Notes: generated from the sequence alone by a model not told the origin. Positions 9,895 to 18,127 are shown, numbered from the stretch's first letter. The stretch: 64,000 nt of DNA from Candidatus Woesearchaeota archaeon (GCA_014729505.1 WJJS01000001.1:12938-76937); one strand, 5' to 3'. A program made the numbers and translations.

Positions 9895-11898
9895 TTATTT
9901 CGAACTTTTGAGATACCAATTCCTCAAACGGACAACCTTATCAACAACAGAAGGATACATATAGAACTGACCATATTTTTTTGCAGTTTTACTCAGCAAC
10001 TTATCAAGCTCAAGCATTTTGTACATCACCTGAATAGCGTCCTTTTTGCGATCGTATCTAAACAATAATTTGACAAGTTCGACGCCATCATCAGGATGTT
10101 TGGTCAACTTGTAAAAAATCTCCGCGTGAGAAACAGCCTTATCAGGATCGCCCTTTTGCGCATACAGTATAGAGATTGCTCGATGATACTGGGCAATCCA
10201 GGGCTTCTTTTTATGAAACTCATCGAGCAACTGCATTGCCTCGTCTATTCTACCCTGCGCATGAAGAATCTCTGAGTGCGCATGAACAAGATCAAACTCG
10301 CGAGTCCAAGAAGGTGCTTTATCAAGCAAAGACAGTCCCTTTTTTGGTTTTCCAACAAACGCGAGCAACACTGCTTCCCACAAAAGAAGAAACTCATTAT
10401 GAGGCGCCCTCTTACGAGCTTGTTGTACCACTCGAAGAGCGCGATCGTGATTACCGACGTGACTTAACGCGTTTATCACATGCTCTTCATATTGAAGATC
10501 CTTCTTGTGATATGGCAATCCCCTCTCAAGATACGCCAAAGCCTTTTTTGCTTTACCGTCACTGCGAGCAATACGACTGCCAGTAAGATAGCCAGTCTGA
10601 TCCTTAGGATACCACTTGATAATTTTGTCAGCTATCGGATACGCTTTGCCAGGCTTACCGAAATGATCGAAATCTTCGAGAAGAACATACAATGCGCGAA
10701 AGTTTCTGGGAAACTTCATAAGGACTTTTTTTGCCAGATCGTAATACGAGGTCCAGTCATTGCATTTTCGCAGACACTCAAGAGCAGAAAGCCAATTATC
10801 CAGGGTAGGAGGTAAGGAAAGAAACACCTTAGCAGCTTCGCGAAACCGGCCGAGCTCACGCAAGCAGGTAGCCTTTGTTTCAAGCAACACTATTGAAGAA
10901 TACTGCTTTAACTTTTTGTTTATCTCCCGCAATTTCTCCCGTTCATTGCCCTGCGTAAACAAGACATGAGGGTACAATGATGGAAGTTTGTCAATCTCAG
11001 AAGCTCTCTTCGCATATTCATGCGCCTTTTTATTCTTGCCGATGGAGAAATACAACGCAGTCAATCGGTTACACACATCAGAATTTTCAGGTTGCAAGAC
11101 TGCAAGTTTTTCATAGTCAGCAATAGCTTTCTTGACTTGATCTGTTACCATAAACAAATCAGCTCGGGCAGTGAGAATGCCTTCATCAGGACCCATCAGA
11201 GATATTGCATGTGTAAGAAACTTCTCCGCTTCACTGAATTTTCCTTCGGCTTTAAGAGAATCCACATACACCACGTAATCATATTCTGCAAATGAAAAAT
11301 TCTCTGCAAACGCTTGAGCAAAAAACTTGTTGGCCTTTTTATGCTCATGATTGTCAAAATACCGGCGTGCAAGATCAAGAAGACTGCGTGCAAGACCAAA
11401 CTTACGATGAATTAACTTCAAGGTCTGCTTATACTTCTTGTCATTTCGAGCATAATAATACAGGTGAGCGAGATCTTCATAATGAGACACTTTAAATGGT
11501 TCGAGCTTGATGACTTTCTTCATCGCGCTAAGAGCTTTAGAACTGTTTGTTTCCCTAAACAACCAATACACACGAAGAGGCCAATACACATTATTTGGTT
11601 GCCTCCTCATATACCTACGCAAAAGCCTTTCTTCACCAACAGCGTCGTGAAGCTCCCTATAGACATCAACTTTACTTTGCATAACATCAATTTCTTCAAG
11701 ACCGCACTCTCTTGCTTTGTCAAGGATTGCCAAAGCCTCCTTTTTCTTTTTGAGCTTAGAGAGTAACTCTGCTTTTCTCTGCAAATACAAAGGATGGCGA
11801 GGATTCTTTTCCAAAGCTCTATTGACGATGCGAAGCTGTTGACTAGTTGGTAAGTACGGATTAACAAACGGGAACACGGAATAGGTACAAGTCTTCAT
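9895..11898 (-). CDS. TPR-repeat protein
   Basis: Long helical-repeat ORF with many 34-aa A/Y/L periodic repeats. I trimmed the start to the ATG at 11898 (MKTCTYS...) because the track's 5' extension overlaps a better small gene on the plus strand. Confidence 0.65.
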   Translation of the reverse strand: MKTCTYSVFPFVNPYLPTSQQLRIVNRALEKNPRHPLYLQRKAELLSKLKKKKEALAILDKARECGLEEIDVMQSKVDVYRELHDAVGEERLLRRYMRRQPNNVYWPLRVYWLFRETNSSKALSAMKKVIKLEPFKVSHYEDLAHLYYYARNDKKYKQTLKLIHRKFGLARSLLDLARRYFDNHEHKKANKFFAQAFAENFSFAEYDYVVYVDSLKAEGKFSEAEKFLTHAISLMGPDEGILTARADLFMVTDQVKKAIADYEKLAVLQPENSDVCNRLTALYFSIGKNKKAHEYAKRASEIDKLPSLYPHVLFTQGNEREKLREINKKLKQYSSIVLLETKATCLRELGRFREAAKVFLSLPPTLDNWLSALECLRKCNDWTSYYDLAKKVLMKFPRNFRALYVLLEDFDHFGKPGKAYPIADKIIKWYPKDQTGYLTGSRIARSDGKAKKALAYLERGLPYHKKDLQYEEHVINALSHVGNHDRALRVVQQARKRAPHNEFLLLWEAVLLAFVGKPKKGLSLLDKAPSWTREFDLVHAHSEILHAQGRIDEAMQLLDEFHKKKPWIAQYHRAISILYAQKGDPDKAVSHAEIFYKLTKHPDDGVELVKLLFRYDRKKDAIQVMYKMLELDKLLSKTAKKYGQFYMYPSVVDKVVRLRNWYLKSSK

Positions 11899-11953
11899 AG
11901 AGTAACACCTAAGTCGAGAAAAGTTTAAATAGTATAAAAACCATACTGTTTTC

Positions 11954-12124
11954 ATGGCCAAATTGACACTACGATGCACTTCATGCAACTGGAAATTCCG
12001 CAGAGTATACGAACCAAAACTGTGTCCTAATTGTGGCAAAGCCACCGTAGAAAAAGACAAACGTCAAGGCGCTTCTGACATTCTGCGAGAACTCGACGAG
12101 ATGCAGTCGGGTTTTGATCGCTAA
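11954..12124 (+). CDS. Small zinc-ribbon protein (56 aa)
   Basis: Hand-translated; it is below the track's length cutoff. MAKLTLRCTSCNWKFRRVYEPKLCPNCGKATVEK... has a CxxC-x13-CxxC knuckle pair. Confidence 0.5.
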   Translation: MAKLTLRCTSCNWKFRRVYEPKLCPNCGKATVEKDKRQGASDILRELDEMQSGFDR

Positions 12125-12159
12125 CTACATTCTTGTCTATTCTTTTTCAGAACACTATT

Positions 12160-13257
12160 CTACGACACTTCGTGAGTTTTGTACACCACATTAAGCGCAT
12201 CAAGATTGCGCAGCACATACATGCCATCATTTTCTACAGTGCCAAGATCACTCCATGTCGCCTGAATACCCTGATAGTACTGAGCCTCTTTATTGAACAA
12301 CACTGTTGGCGTAACGTTAATAGCATATCTTGACATCAAACGCTGACCATCAGGACTGGACACATCATAGGACACCTGACTCAAGAACACCATACCAAAA
12401 TTATCCTCAAAAATGGAAGTTACTGCGGAAGTATCAGAACAGGTCTCACACGTTTCATCAGTAAGAATAATCATAGTCGCTAATCCTCTCACGGTCTTTT
12501 CTTCACGATCAACATAGGGAGCAGGAGTATCACGAAGCACGTATTTACCATCTGACTCCACAGAACCAATACTCTGCCAGCCAGCACGAATAAACTCATA
12601 CTCAGAAGCATCATTTGAAAGAATAAGAGAAGGCGTTCTTGTAATATTATAATGATCAAGAAGACGCTGACCGTCAGCACTGGATGATTCAATCGTTTCA
12701 ATAGCTGAAAAGACCATCCCATTCAGTTCCAACTGCGAAAGCAAACGCTGAGTATCAAAACATTCAGGACAATTCTCATCCTCAAGAACAAGAGCAGTCA
12801 CCAAACCAAATACTTCGCCATCAAGATTAGAATACGGAACAAGAGAGTCAGACAAGACATAACCACTATCACTTTTTACAAACAAAGGAATCTGATCAAG
12901 ACGAGGATCAGCACCCTCAATAACAATAGCCGGCAATTTTTCAATAGAGAACTCCTCAATCAAAGATACTGCCTGGGCTTGCGTCTTATACTCCACTTCT
13001 TCAAAGACAAGACCTGCAAGTTCCAAAGCCTGAACAATCTCAGACGCGTTTACACACTGATCACAAAACGGTTGAATAACAGTTGCACGCAGTGAGGATG
13101 ATTCACTAGGCACAATGTCAATAACCGGTTCCTCGCCAGCGCGAGAAACGTAAAAAGACAAGATCACATTAGCCAACGTTGCAATAACAATCAAAACAAC
13201 GAGCAATACATGCAGCGTCGTCCACGGTGATTGCATCTTTTTTGCTGACATAGACAA
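12160..13257 (-). CDS. Membrane-anchored protein with three tandem thioredoxin-fold-like repeats (CxxC + cis-Pro loop)
   Basis: N-terminal TM helix, then three repeats of about 100 aa. Each has CxxC (CDQC, CPEC, CETC) and, in repeats 2 and 3, a TP(S/T) loop (ITRTPSL, NVTPTVL). Confidence 0.6.
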   Translation of the reverse strand: MSMSAKKMQSPWTTLHVLLVVLIVIATLANVILSFYVSRAGEEPVIDIVPSESSSLRATVIQPFCDQCVNASEIVQALELAGLVFEEVEYKTQAQAVSLIEEFSIEKLPAIVIEGADPRLDQIPLFVKSDSGYVLSDSLVPYSNLDGEVFGLVTALVLEDENCPECFDTQRLLSQLELNGMVFSAIETIESSSADGQRLLDHYNITRTPSLILSNDASEYEFIRAGWQSIGSVESDGKYVLRDTPAPYVDREEKTVRGLATMIILTDETCETCSDTSAVTSIFEDNFGMVFLSQVSYDVSSPDGQRLMSRYAINVTPTVLFNKEAQYYQGIQATWSDLGTVENDGMYVLRNLDALNVVYKTHEVS

Positions 13258-13367
13258 AAACCATTAGAGGAGATATTTAAGTATTATCGTACTGCAGGCA
13301 CACTTTGCAATACCTATAAACAACCTGTATTGAAACATTTAAATAATCTGACGGACGAGAGACTCAT

Positions 13368-15044
13368 ATGGACCTGACAGATCTCATACGGGAACTGGCA
13401 CTGCGCAATGCCGCAAAATTTGGCAAAGCAAACGCTAACGCTGTACTGGGATCAGTACTCAAAGCACGACCAGAACAAAAACAACACATCAACCTTATCA
13501 AACAACACGTACAAGGCATTGTCAATGAAATCAACACTCTTGACAGCAAGACATTACAACAAGCAATCGCCGCGTTACCAGAAAAAGAAAAAGAAACGCC
13601 AAAAGAAAAAACACTCAAAGACCTGCCAAACGTCAGTAATAGTGTCATCATGCGCTTTGCACCATCACCCTCAGGACCGCTGCACATAGCACACGCTTAT
13701 GGACTCAGTCTGAATTATCATTATGCAAAGCGATACCATGGCACATTCCTCTTTCGCATAGAAGACACGAACCCAGAAAACATCTATGCGCCTGCATATG
13801 ATATGATGGTCGAAGATGCACAATGGCTTACGAATAACGGCATAGATCATGTCATCATACAATCAGACCGGTTAGGCCGGTATTATGACATTGCAGAACA
13901 ACTAGTCGACAAAGAGAAGGCATACGTTTGTACATGCAACAGCGATGAATTTCGCACACTTCTCTTCAAAAAAACAGCCTGTCCATGCCGCACGGCAGGA
14001 GTCAAAGAGCACCTTAAACGCTACGCAGCAATGTTTTCAAGCTACAAACCAGGAGAAGCCGTCTTACGAAGCAAAACAGATATCACACACAAAAATCCGG
14101 CCATGAGAGATTTTCCACTCATGAGAATAAACGAGCATCCACATCCGCGCACAGGCACAGAACACCGCGTTTGGCCACTCATGAATCTTGCAGTATTTGT
14201 CGACGACATGGATTACCACGTCACACACATCATTCGAGCAAAAGAACACCGTGATAATGCAGCACGACAAGAATTTCTCTACAACGCGTTTGACCATCCA
14301 GTACCAGTAACGCTCTTTGTTGGACGCATCAATTTTACTGATATGAAAGTTAGCTGTAGTGCAACAAAAGCAGCAATAGAAGAAGGAAAATATACGGGAT
14401 GGGAAGATATACGATTACCTTTTCTACGACCATTACGACGACGAGGATACCAACAAGAAGCATTTATGAAATACGCCATAGAGATAGGCATCAGTCAAGC
14501 AGACAAAACAGTCAAAAAAGAAGAATACTTCAAAACACTCAATGCATTCAACAAAGATATTATCGATGCACATGCGAACCGCTACTTTTTCTTGCACGAT
14601 CCCGTACCGGTACACATTACCGACGTGGAACAAAAAACAATAACAATAGCTCTACATCCCGATGTCAAAGACCGAGGACTGCGAACCTTTAAGATTAACG
14701 GACACTTTTTACTAGAACGAAAAGATGTAGAACAATTACCAGACGGATTGCACAGGCTCATGGACTGCCTGAACTTTATCAAAAAAGGACAACAATTCAC
14801 CTTTCATTCATTTGCCTATGACGTGTTCAAACAAGAAGGACAACACATACTCCACTGGCTACCAGCACAAGACACACAACAAGTAATTGTACACCAGCCC
14901 GACGGAAAACAATTACAGGGAGTTGGAGAAACAACATTACAGGAAGTAGAAATCGGATCACTCATACAGTTTGAACGATTCGGATTTGCACGACTGGACG
15001 CTCACACAAGACAAGCACTAGAATTCTGGTATGCTCACAGATAA
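13368..15044 (+). CDS. gltX: Glutamate--tRNA ligase (archaeal type)
   Basis: 558-aa ORF with RFAPSPSGPLHIAHA (HIGH), RIEDTNPE, a KMSKS-like MKVSCS, and the usual archaeal N-terminal helical extension. Confidence 0.9.
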   Translation: MDLTDLIRELALRNAAKFGKANANAVLGSVLKARPEQKQHINLIKQHVQGIVNEINTLDSKTLQQAIAALPEKEKETPKEKTLKDLPNVSNSVIMRFAPSPSGPLHIAHAYGLSLNYHYAKRYHGTFLFRIEDTNPENIYAPAYDMMVEDAQWLTNNGIDHVIIQSDRLGRYYDIAEQLVDKEKAYVCTCNSDEFRTLLFKKTACPCRTAGVKEHLKRYAAMFSSYKPGEAVLRSKTDITHKNPAMRDFPLMRINEHPHPRTGTEHRVWPLMNLAVFVDDMDYHVTHIIRAKEHRDNAARQEFLYNAFDHPVPVTLFVGRINFTDMKVSCSATKAAIEEGKYTGWEDIRLPFLRPLRRRGYQQEAFMKYAIEIGISQADKTVKKEEYFKTLNAFNKDIIDAHANRYFFLHDPVPVHITDVEQKTITIALHPDVKDRGLRTFKINGHFLLERKDVEQLPDGLHRLMDCLNFIKKGQQFTFHSFAYDVFKQEGQHILHWLPAQDTQQVIVHQPDGKQLQGVGETTLQEVEIGSLIQFERFGFARLDAHTRQALEFWYAHR

Positions 15045-15565
15045 GATTCTTCCAATTCCTTTATTTTATCCTTTAACAACTTAATATGCTTAGCAATATC
15101 TTTCATATCCTGAGCAGAATGCTCACCGGATTTTCTCTCTTCCTTATACTGTTTTTCCAACATCTCCAAACCTTCCTTAAGCTTGACCACTTCATACTTT
15201 TTAGGTTGAGTAACGGAGAAAATCTTTTCCTCAAGTTTTTTCAAACGCTTCTCACGATTCTCGCGCGTATCAAGATATCGAGACAATTTCTCCTGCAATT
15301 TATCAATCTTCATTAACAATTCATTATGTTCGCGTTCCTCCTGCATCTGGCGCGAAAGAATCTTCTTTTCATTCTCCAACGCTTCAGAAACAGTCGCTTC
15401 AAGCTGATGAATATCCTTTTCAAAAGTTTCAGGAGAAATAGTCTTCAGACGATTAATAGCCATACGAACCTTCTCACGAGAACGCTCGCGCTCTTCAAGA
15501 CGTTTATTGGATTGTCCTAAATAATACAAAAGCGTGCGAACCTTAGAAACATCAAATGCCAACAT
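15035..15565 (-). CDS. Coiled-coil protein, unknown function
   Basis: 176-aa E/K/L-rich heptad sequence; last gene of a four-gene same-strand cluster. Confidence 0.5.
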   Translation of the reverse strand: MLAFDVSKVRTLLYYLGQSNKRLEERERSREKVRMAINRLKTISPETFEKDIHQLEATVSEALENEKKILSRQMQEEREHNELLMKIDKLQEKLSRYLDTRENREKRLKKLEEKIFSVTQPKKYEVVKLKEGLEMLEKQYKEERKSGEHSAQDMKDIAKHIKLLKDKIKELEESYL

Positions 15566-15566
15566 A

Positions 15567-15989
15567 TCACTTAGGAGGGGGAGGAGGAATATCGTTAGTC
15601 GTTACTTCAGGTTCTGGAGGTAGCGATCCAGACATGCCACCCTGCGTAATCGACTCATGAATATCAGTCAACGTAGGAGCAATCACTTCTTGAAGTACAT
15701 CAGTCATAGCACCAACCTGCTTTTCCAATCGATCAATACGATTAACCACTGGTTTAATCTTGTCAGCGAACAATAATCCACCCTCTTCAATATGAATTTC
15801 GCGCAACGCCTCTTCAAAAATGTTCAACAATTTCTCAATATTTCGATTCAACTCCACAATAGAAATATGCAATCGCTTTGTTGGCGTGATATCCATCTCT
15901 TTTAGCGATTCCAACTCTTTTTTGAGATCTGCAATTTCCTGGTGTGGAAGAAGTTCATAATGTTCGGTATCCTTAGCCATAACAGTCAC
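15567..15989 (-). CDS. Coiled-coil protein with Pro-rich C-terminus, unknown function
   Basis: 140-aa ORF with helical heptads, ending in IPPPPPK; 1 nt from the next gene. Confidence 0.5.
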   Translation of the reverse strand: MTVMAKDTEHYELLPHQEIADLKKELESLKEMDITPTKRLHISIVELNRNIEKLLNIFEEALREIHIEEGGLLFADKIKPVVNRIDRLEKQVGAMTDVLQEVIAPTLTDIHESITQGGMSGSLPPEPEVTTNDIPPPPPK

Positions 15990-16036
15990 CCTTTTTTTCC
16001 TTAATCAGGGGTAAACGCTATATAAACGTTTCGTCC

Positions 16037-16831
16037 CTATTTTCGCGTTGATTTCCTGCTTTTTTTCTTCGTTGCCTTCTTCTTTTTACGCGAAACAGAT
16101 TTTTTTGCGGTTTTCTTTACAGGTTTTTTTGCTTCTTTAGACCTGCCCGTTGATTTTTTAACATTTTTTTTACGCGCCTTGATCGAAGGAATAACCGGTT
16201 CTTCAGGTTCCACAAGAGGAGACTTACTGCGACGACGAGAACGCCAAGCGCCTACCATGATCATGATAAACACTCCAATGAGTACAATCATAAGAGCAGA
16301 AAAGAACGTCACGCCGGAGACTCCCTGAATGATGCCAGTAAAAAAATACCCTGTCCATGCAAGAGCAAACAGCACGTACAGTACCACCGCAATCGTCGCT
16401 ACCGCCTTGACCAAGAAGTCAGCAATCCTGCTTGACGGAAACATAAGCAAGATAGGCAACAATACCAAAACAAATGCGATAATAAGAAGAAAAAGCGATA
16501 CAATAAGAGCGACAACAAGGAAAAAAGACGTAACAGTCACATACGACCATGCAATAAGATGCTGCATATATGAAGCTTGAGCGCCAACAACGAGCGTTGT
16601 CACATACGTATATGCCGCAGCAAGAACCACACCAATAACACAGTATGACCAGCGAACTACAGCACGCGCAACAGGATGGGCAACGTCACGAAGACCTGCC
16701 TTAACAAAAGAAAACAACAACGCAGCAACAGCAATAATAATAGCGGATTCCCACAATACCGTAGAACTCACCGTTTGAGCGATATCATGAGGCCTCCACA
16801 ATAAGGAGAGAAAAGCATACCAGTCGATCAT
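16037..16831 (-). CDS. Polytopic membrane protein with Lys-rich (H1-like) C-terminal tail
   Basis: 264-aa ORF with about 6 TM segments, then KARKKNVKKSTGRSKEAKKPVKKTAKKSVSRKKKKATKKKSRKSTRK. Confidence 0.55.
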   Translation of the reverse strand: MIDWYAFLSLLWRPHDIAQTVSSTVLWESAIIIAVAALLFSFVKAGLRDVAHPVARAVVRWSYCVIGVVLAAAYTYVTTLVVGAQASYMQHLIAWSYVTVTSFFLVVALIVSLFLLIIAFVLVLLPILLMFPSSRIADFLVKAVATIAVVLYVLFALAWTGYFFTGIIQGVSGVTFFSALMIVLIGVFIMIMVGAWRSRRRSKSPLVEPEEPVIPSIKARKKNVKKSTGRSKEAKKPVKKTAKKSVSRKKKKATKKKSRKSTRK

Positions 16832-17517
16832 TTTTTATTCCTCTTTCTTACTTTACGAGTCCTGGTAGTATAAGTTTCTTTCGCTGCTGTCGCTCTACGA
16901 AAAAAACCAGAACCTCGCTCAAGAAGACGACCCCACACGCCACGAGCAGAACCGATCAGTGCTGCACCGATTACTGCAAACAATACAACAGCTGCAGAGG
17001 AAAAGCGACTGATCTCGTTTGCATGAGCAACAGAAGTAATATGAACGATCAAACCAAAAAGGAAGGAAACAAACGAAAAGATCCACGTACAAATGACGAT
17101 CCATCCAATTATTGAAGGCATTTTATCATTTTTAACTACTCCTCGATTTTCGAAGAATACATACGTCCTAAGAAACAGAAAGTAAAGACCTGCAAGGAGA
17201 ATACCATACACCCCGATAATCACTGTAACAGTCAACATTACATAGAGCAAAAAAGCCACATTGATCTGAAAATCCACCACGCCACTAAAAAGAGCGCTTG
17301 CCAGAGTGATATATACCCAGTATCCTAGAAGAAACGCTGCAGTAGCAGCAAAACGTACCGCCCTGGTCTTCAAAGAAATAAGGACTTCATGTTTGCGTTT
17401 TCCGCTGCCAAGCGCTGCAAGAGCGAGCAGAATCACCACACCAATAGAAATGGTGATGCCCTCAATAAAATGTGCGGGCGGCACAGCCACTGAAATGATA
17501 AAATCACTGAATGTCAT
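16828..17517 (-). CDS. Polytopic membrane protein with basic C-terminal tail
   Basis: 229-aa ORF with about 6 TM segments, ending TRTRKVRKRNKK. It overlaps the next gene by 4 nt and has a similar layout to 16037-16831. Confidence 0.55.
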   Translation of the reverse strand: MTFSDFIISVAVPPAHFIEGITISIGVVILLALAALGSGKRKHEVLISLKTRAVRFAATAAFLLGYWVYITLASALFSGVVDFQINVAFLLYVMLTVTVIIGVYGILLAGLYFLFLRTYVFFENRGVVKNDKMPSIIGWIVICTWIFSFVSFLFGLIVHITSVAHANEISRFSSAAVVLFAVIGAALIGSARGVWGRLLERGSGFFRRATAAKETYTTRTRKVRKRNKK

Positions 17518-17605
17518 AGTCTCTTTTTTATTGCAGGAAAAAGTTCAAAGTTATAAACTTTTCAGCGACAATTTTTTAAAGAATCCGATGAAAAAGCATC
17601 CGTAC

Positions 17606-17700
17606 GGGCCGGTAGCTCAACCTGGTAGAGTGCTCCGTTGCGATGCTTTCGCCCATCGACAGCGAGGTCCGATCTCACTTGCGTGAGATCCGACAGTTTT
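17606..17700 (+). ncRNA. Truncated tRNA-Ala 5' copy (35 nt, positions 1-34) fused to a conserved two-hairpin element, then a T4 run
   Basis: 17606-17640 is identical to 17730-17764. 17641-17696 holds CGATG-N8-CATCG and GTCCGATCTCAC-TTGC-GTGAGATCCGAC. The element recurs at 20047-20108 and partly at 22438-22462. An A/T-rich TATA-like box lies at 17573-17580. Confidence 0.6.
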
Positions 17701-17729
17701 ATGAATAGGTGTTTTTAGTATACGTTTAT

Positions 17730-17803
17730 GGGCCGGTAGCTCAACCTGGTAGAGTGCTCCGTTGGCTTCGGAGAGGCTGCGGGTTCAAATCCCGCTCGGT
17801 CCA
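17730..17803 (+). tRNA. tRNA-Ala (anticodon GGC), no intron
   Basis: Hand-folded cloverleaf: acceptor GGGCCGG/TCGGTCC with G3:U70, D arm GCTC..GAGT, anticodon arm CTCCG-TTGGCTT-CGGAG, T arm GCGGG-TTCAAAT-CCCGC, discriminator A. Confidence 0.85.
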
Positions 17804-17804
17804 T

Positions 17805-17828
17805 GGGTGGCCTTGACGCCCTTTTTTT
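17805..17828 (+). terminator. Hairpin plus T7 run downstream of tRNA-Ala
   Basis: GGGTG..CGCCC stem followed by TTTTTTT (17822-17828). Confidence 0.4.
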
Positions 17829-17857
17829 GATCAAACTTTTTGTAAAAGTTTGCGGTT

Positions 17858-17879
17858 AGAGGCTGCGGGTTCAAATCCC
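17858..17879 (+). repeat. Orphan internal tRNA-Ala fragment (positions about 42-63)
   Basis: AGAGGCTGCGGGTTCAAATCCC is identical to 17772-17793 of the intact gene, and the flanks differ. It is followed by the hairpin GAAACTGC-TCGC-GCAGTTTC and a T6 run. Confidence 0.7.
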
Positions 17880-18127
17880 TTCAGGCTCATCTTGAAACTG
17901 CTCGCGCAGTTTCGTGTTTTTTCACCTGCGATGAAATGCGGCACTCAACCAACTGCTGAAACCCCTCTCACACCATTCTTCAGACCAGTTCTCGACCACA
18001 CCATGGCCCGAACGGTGCGCTTGCTGCCTATAGTCGTCAACAACACGGTAGTTTTACCGGATCTTATCCTTCTTGTTTTACGATTTGTCCACAAGGTTTA
18101 TCAATGAGAGCGTGACAACACCATATT

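Noticed and set aside
11899-12060. The 5' extension of the TPR ORF (the track start at 12060).
   Set aside because: The extension has no TPR character and overlaps a well-formed zinc-ribbon gene on the plus strand. An internal ATG at 11898 gives a sensible start.
13368-13650. The roughly 95-aa N-terminal extension of GluRS, considered as a possible unusual appended domain.
   Set aside because: As I recall, archaeal GluRS proteins normally begin with such a helical N-terminal region before the HIGH motif, so this is not unusual.
17667-17696. The possibility that the 30-nt palindromic unit GTCCGATCTCACTTGCGTGAGATCCGAC is a CRISPR repeat.
   Set aside because: It occurs as single copies at separate loci with no regular repeat-spacer array and no cas genes in the window.
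17606-17889. The possibility of a Nanoarchaeum-style split tRNA: a 5' half at 17606 and a 3' piece at 17858.
   Set aside because: Reading the fragment through position 37 would give anticodon GCG on an Ala-identity body. The trailer is shared between different tRNAs rather than pair-specific. The 3' piece lacks a complementary acceptor strand. An intact tRNA-Ala sits between them.
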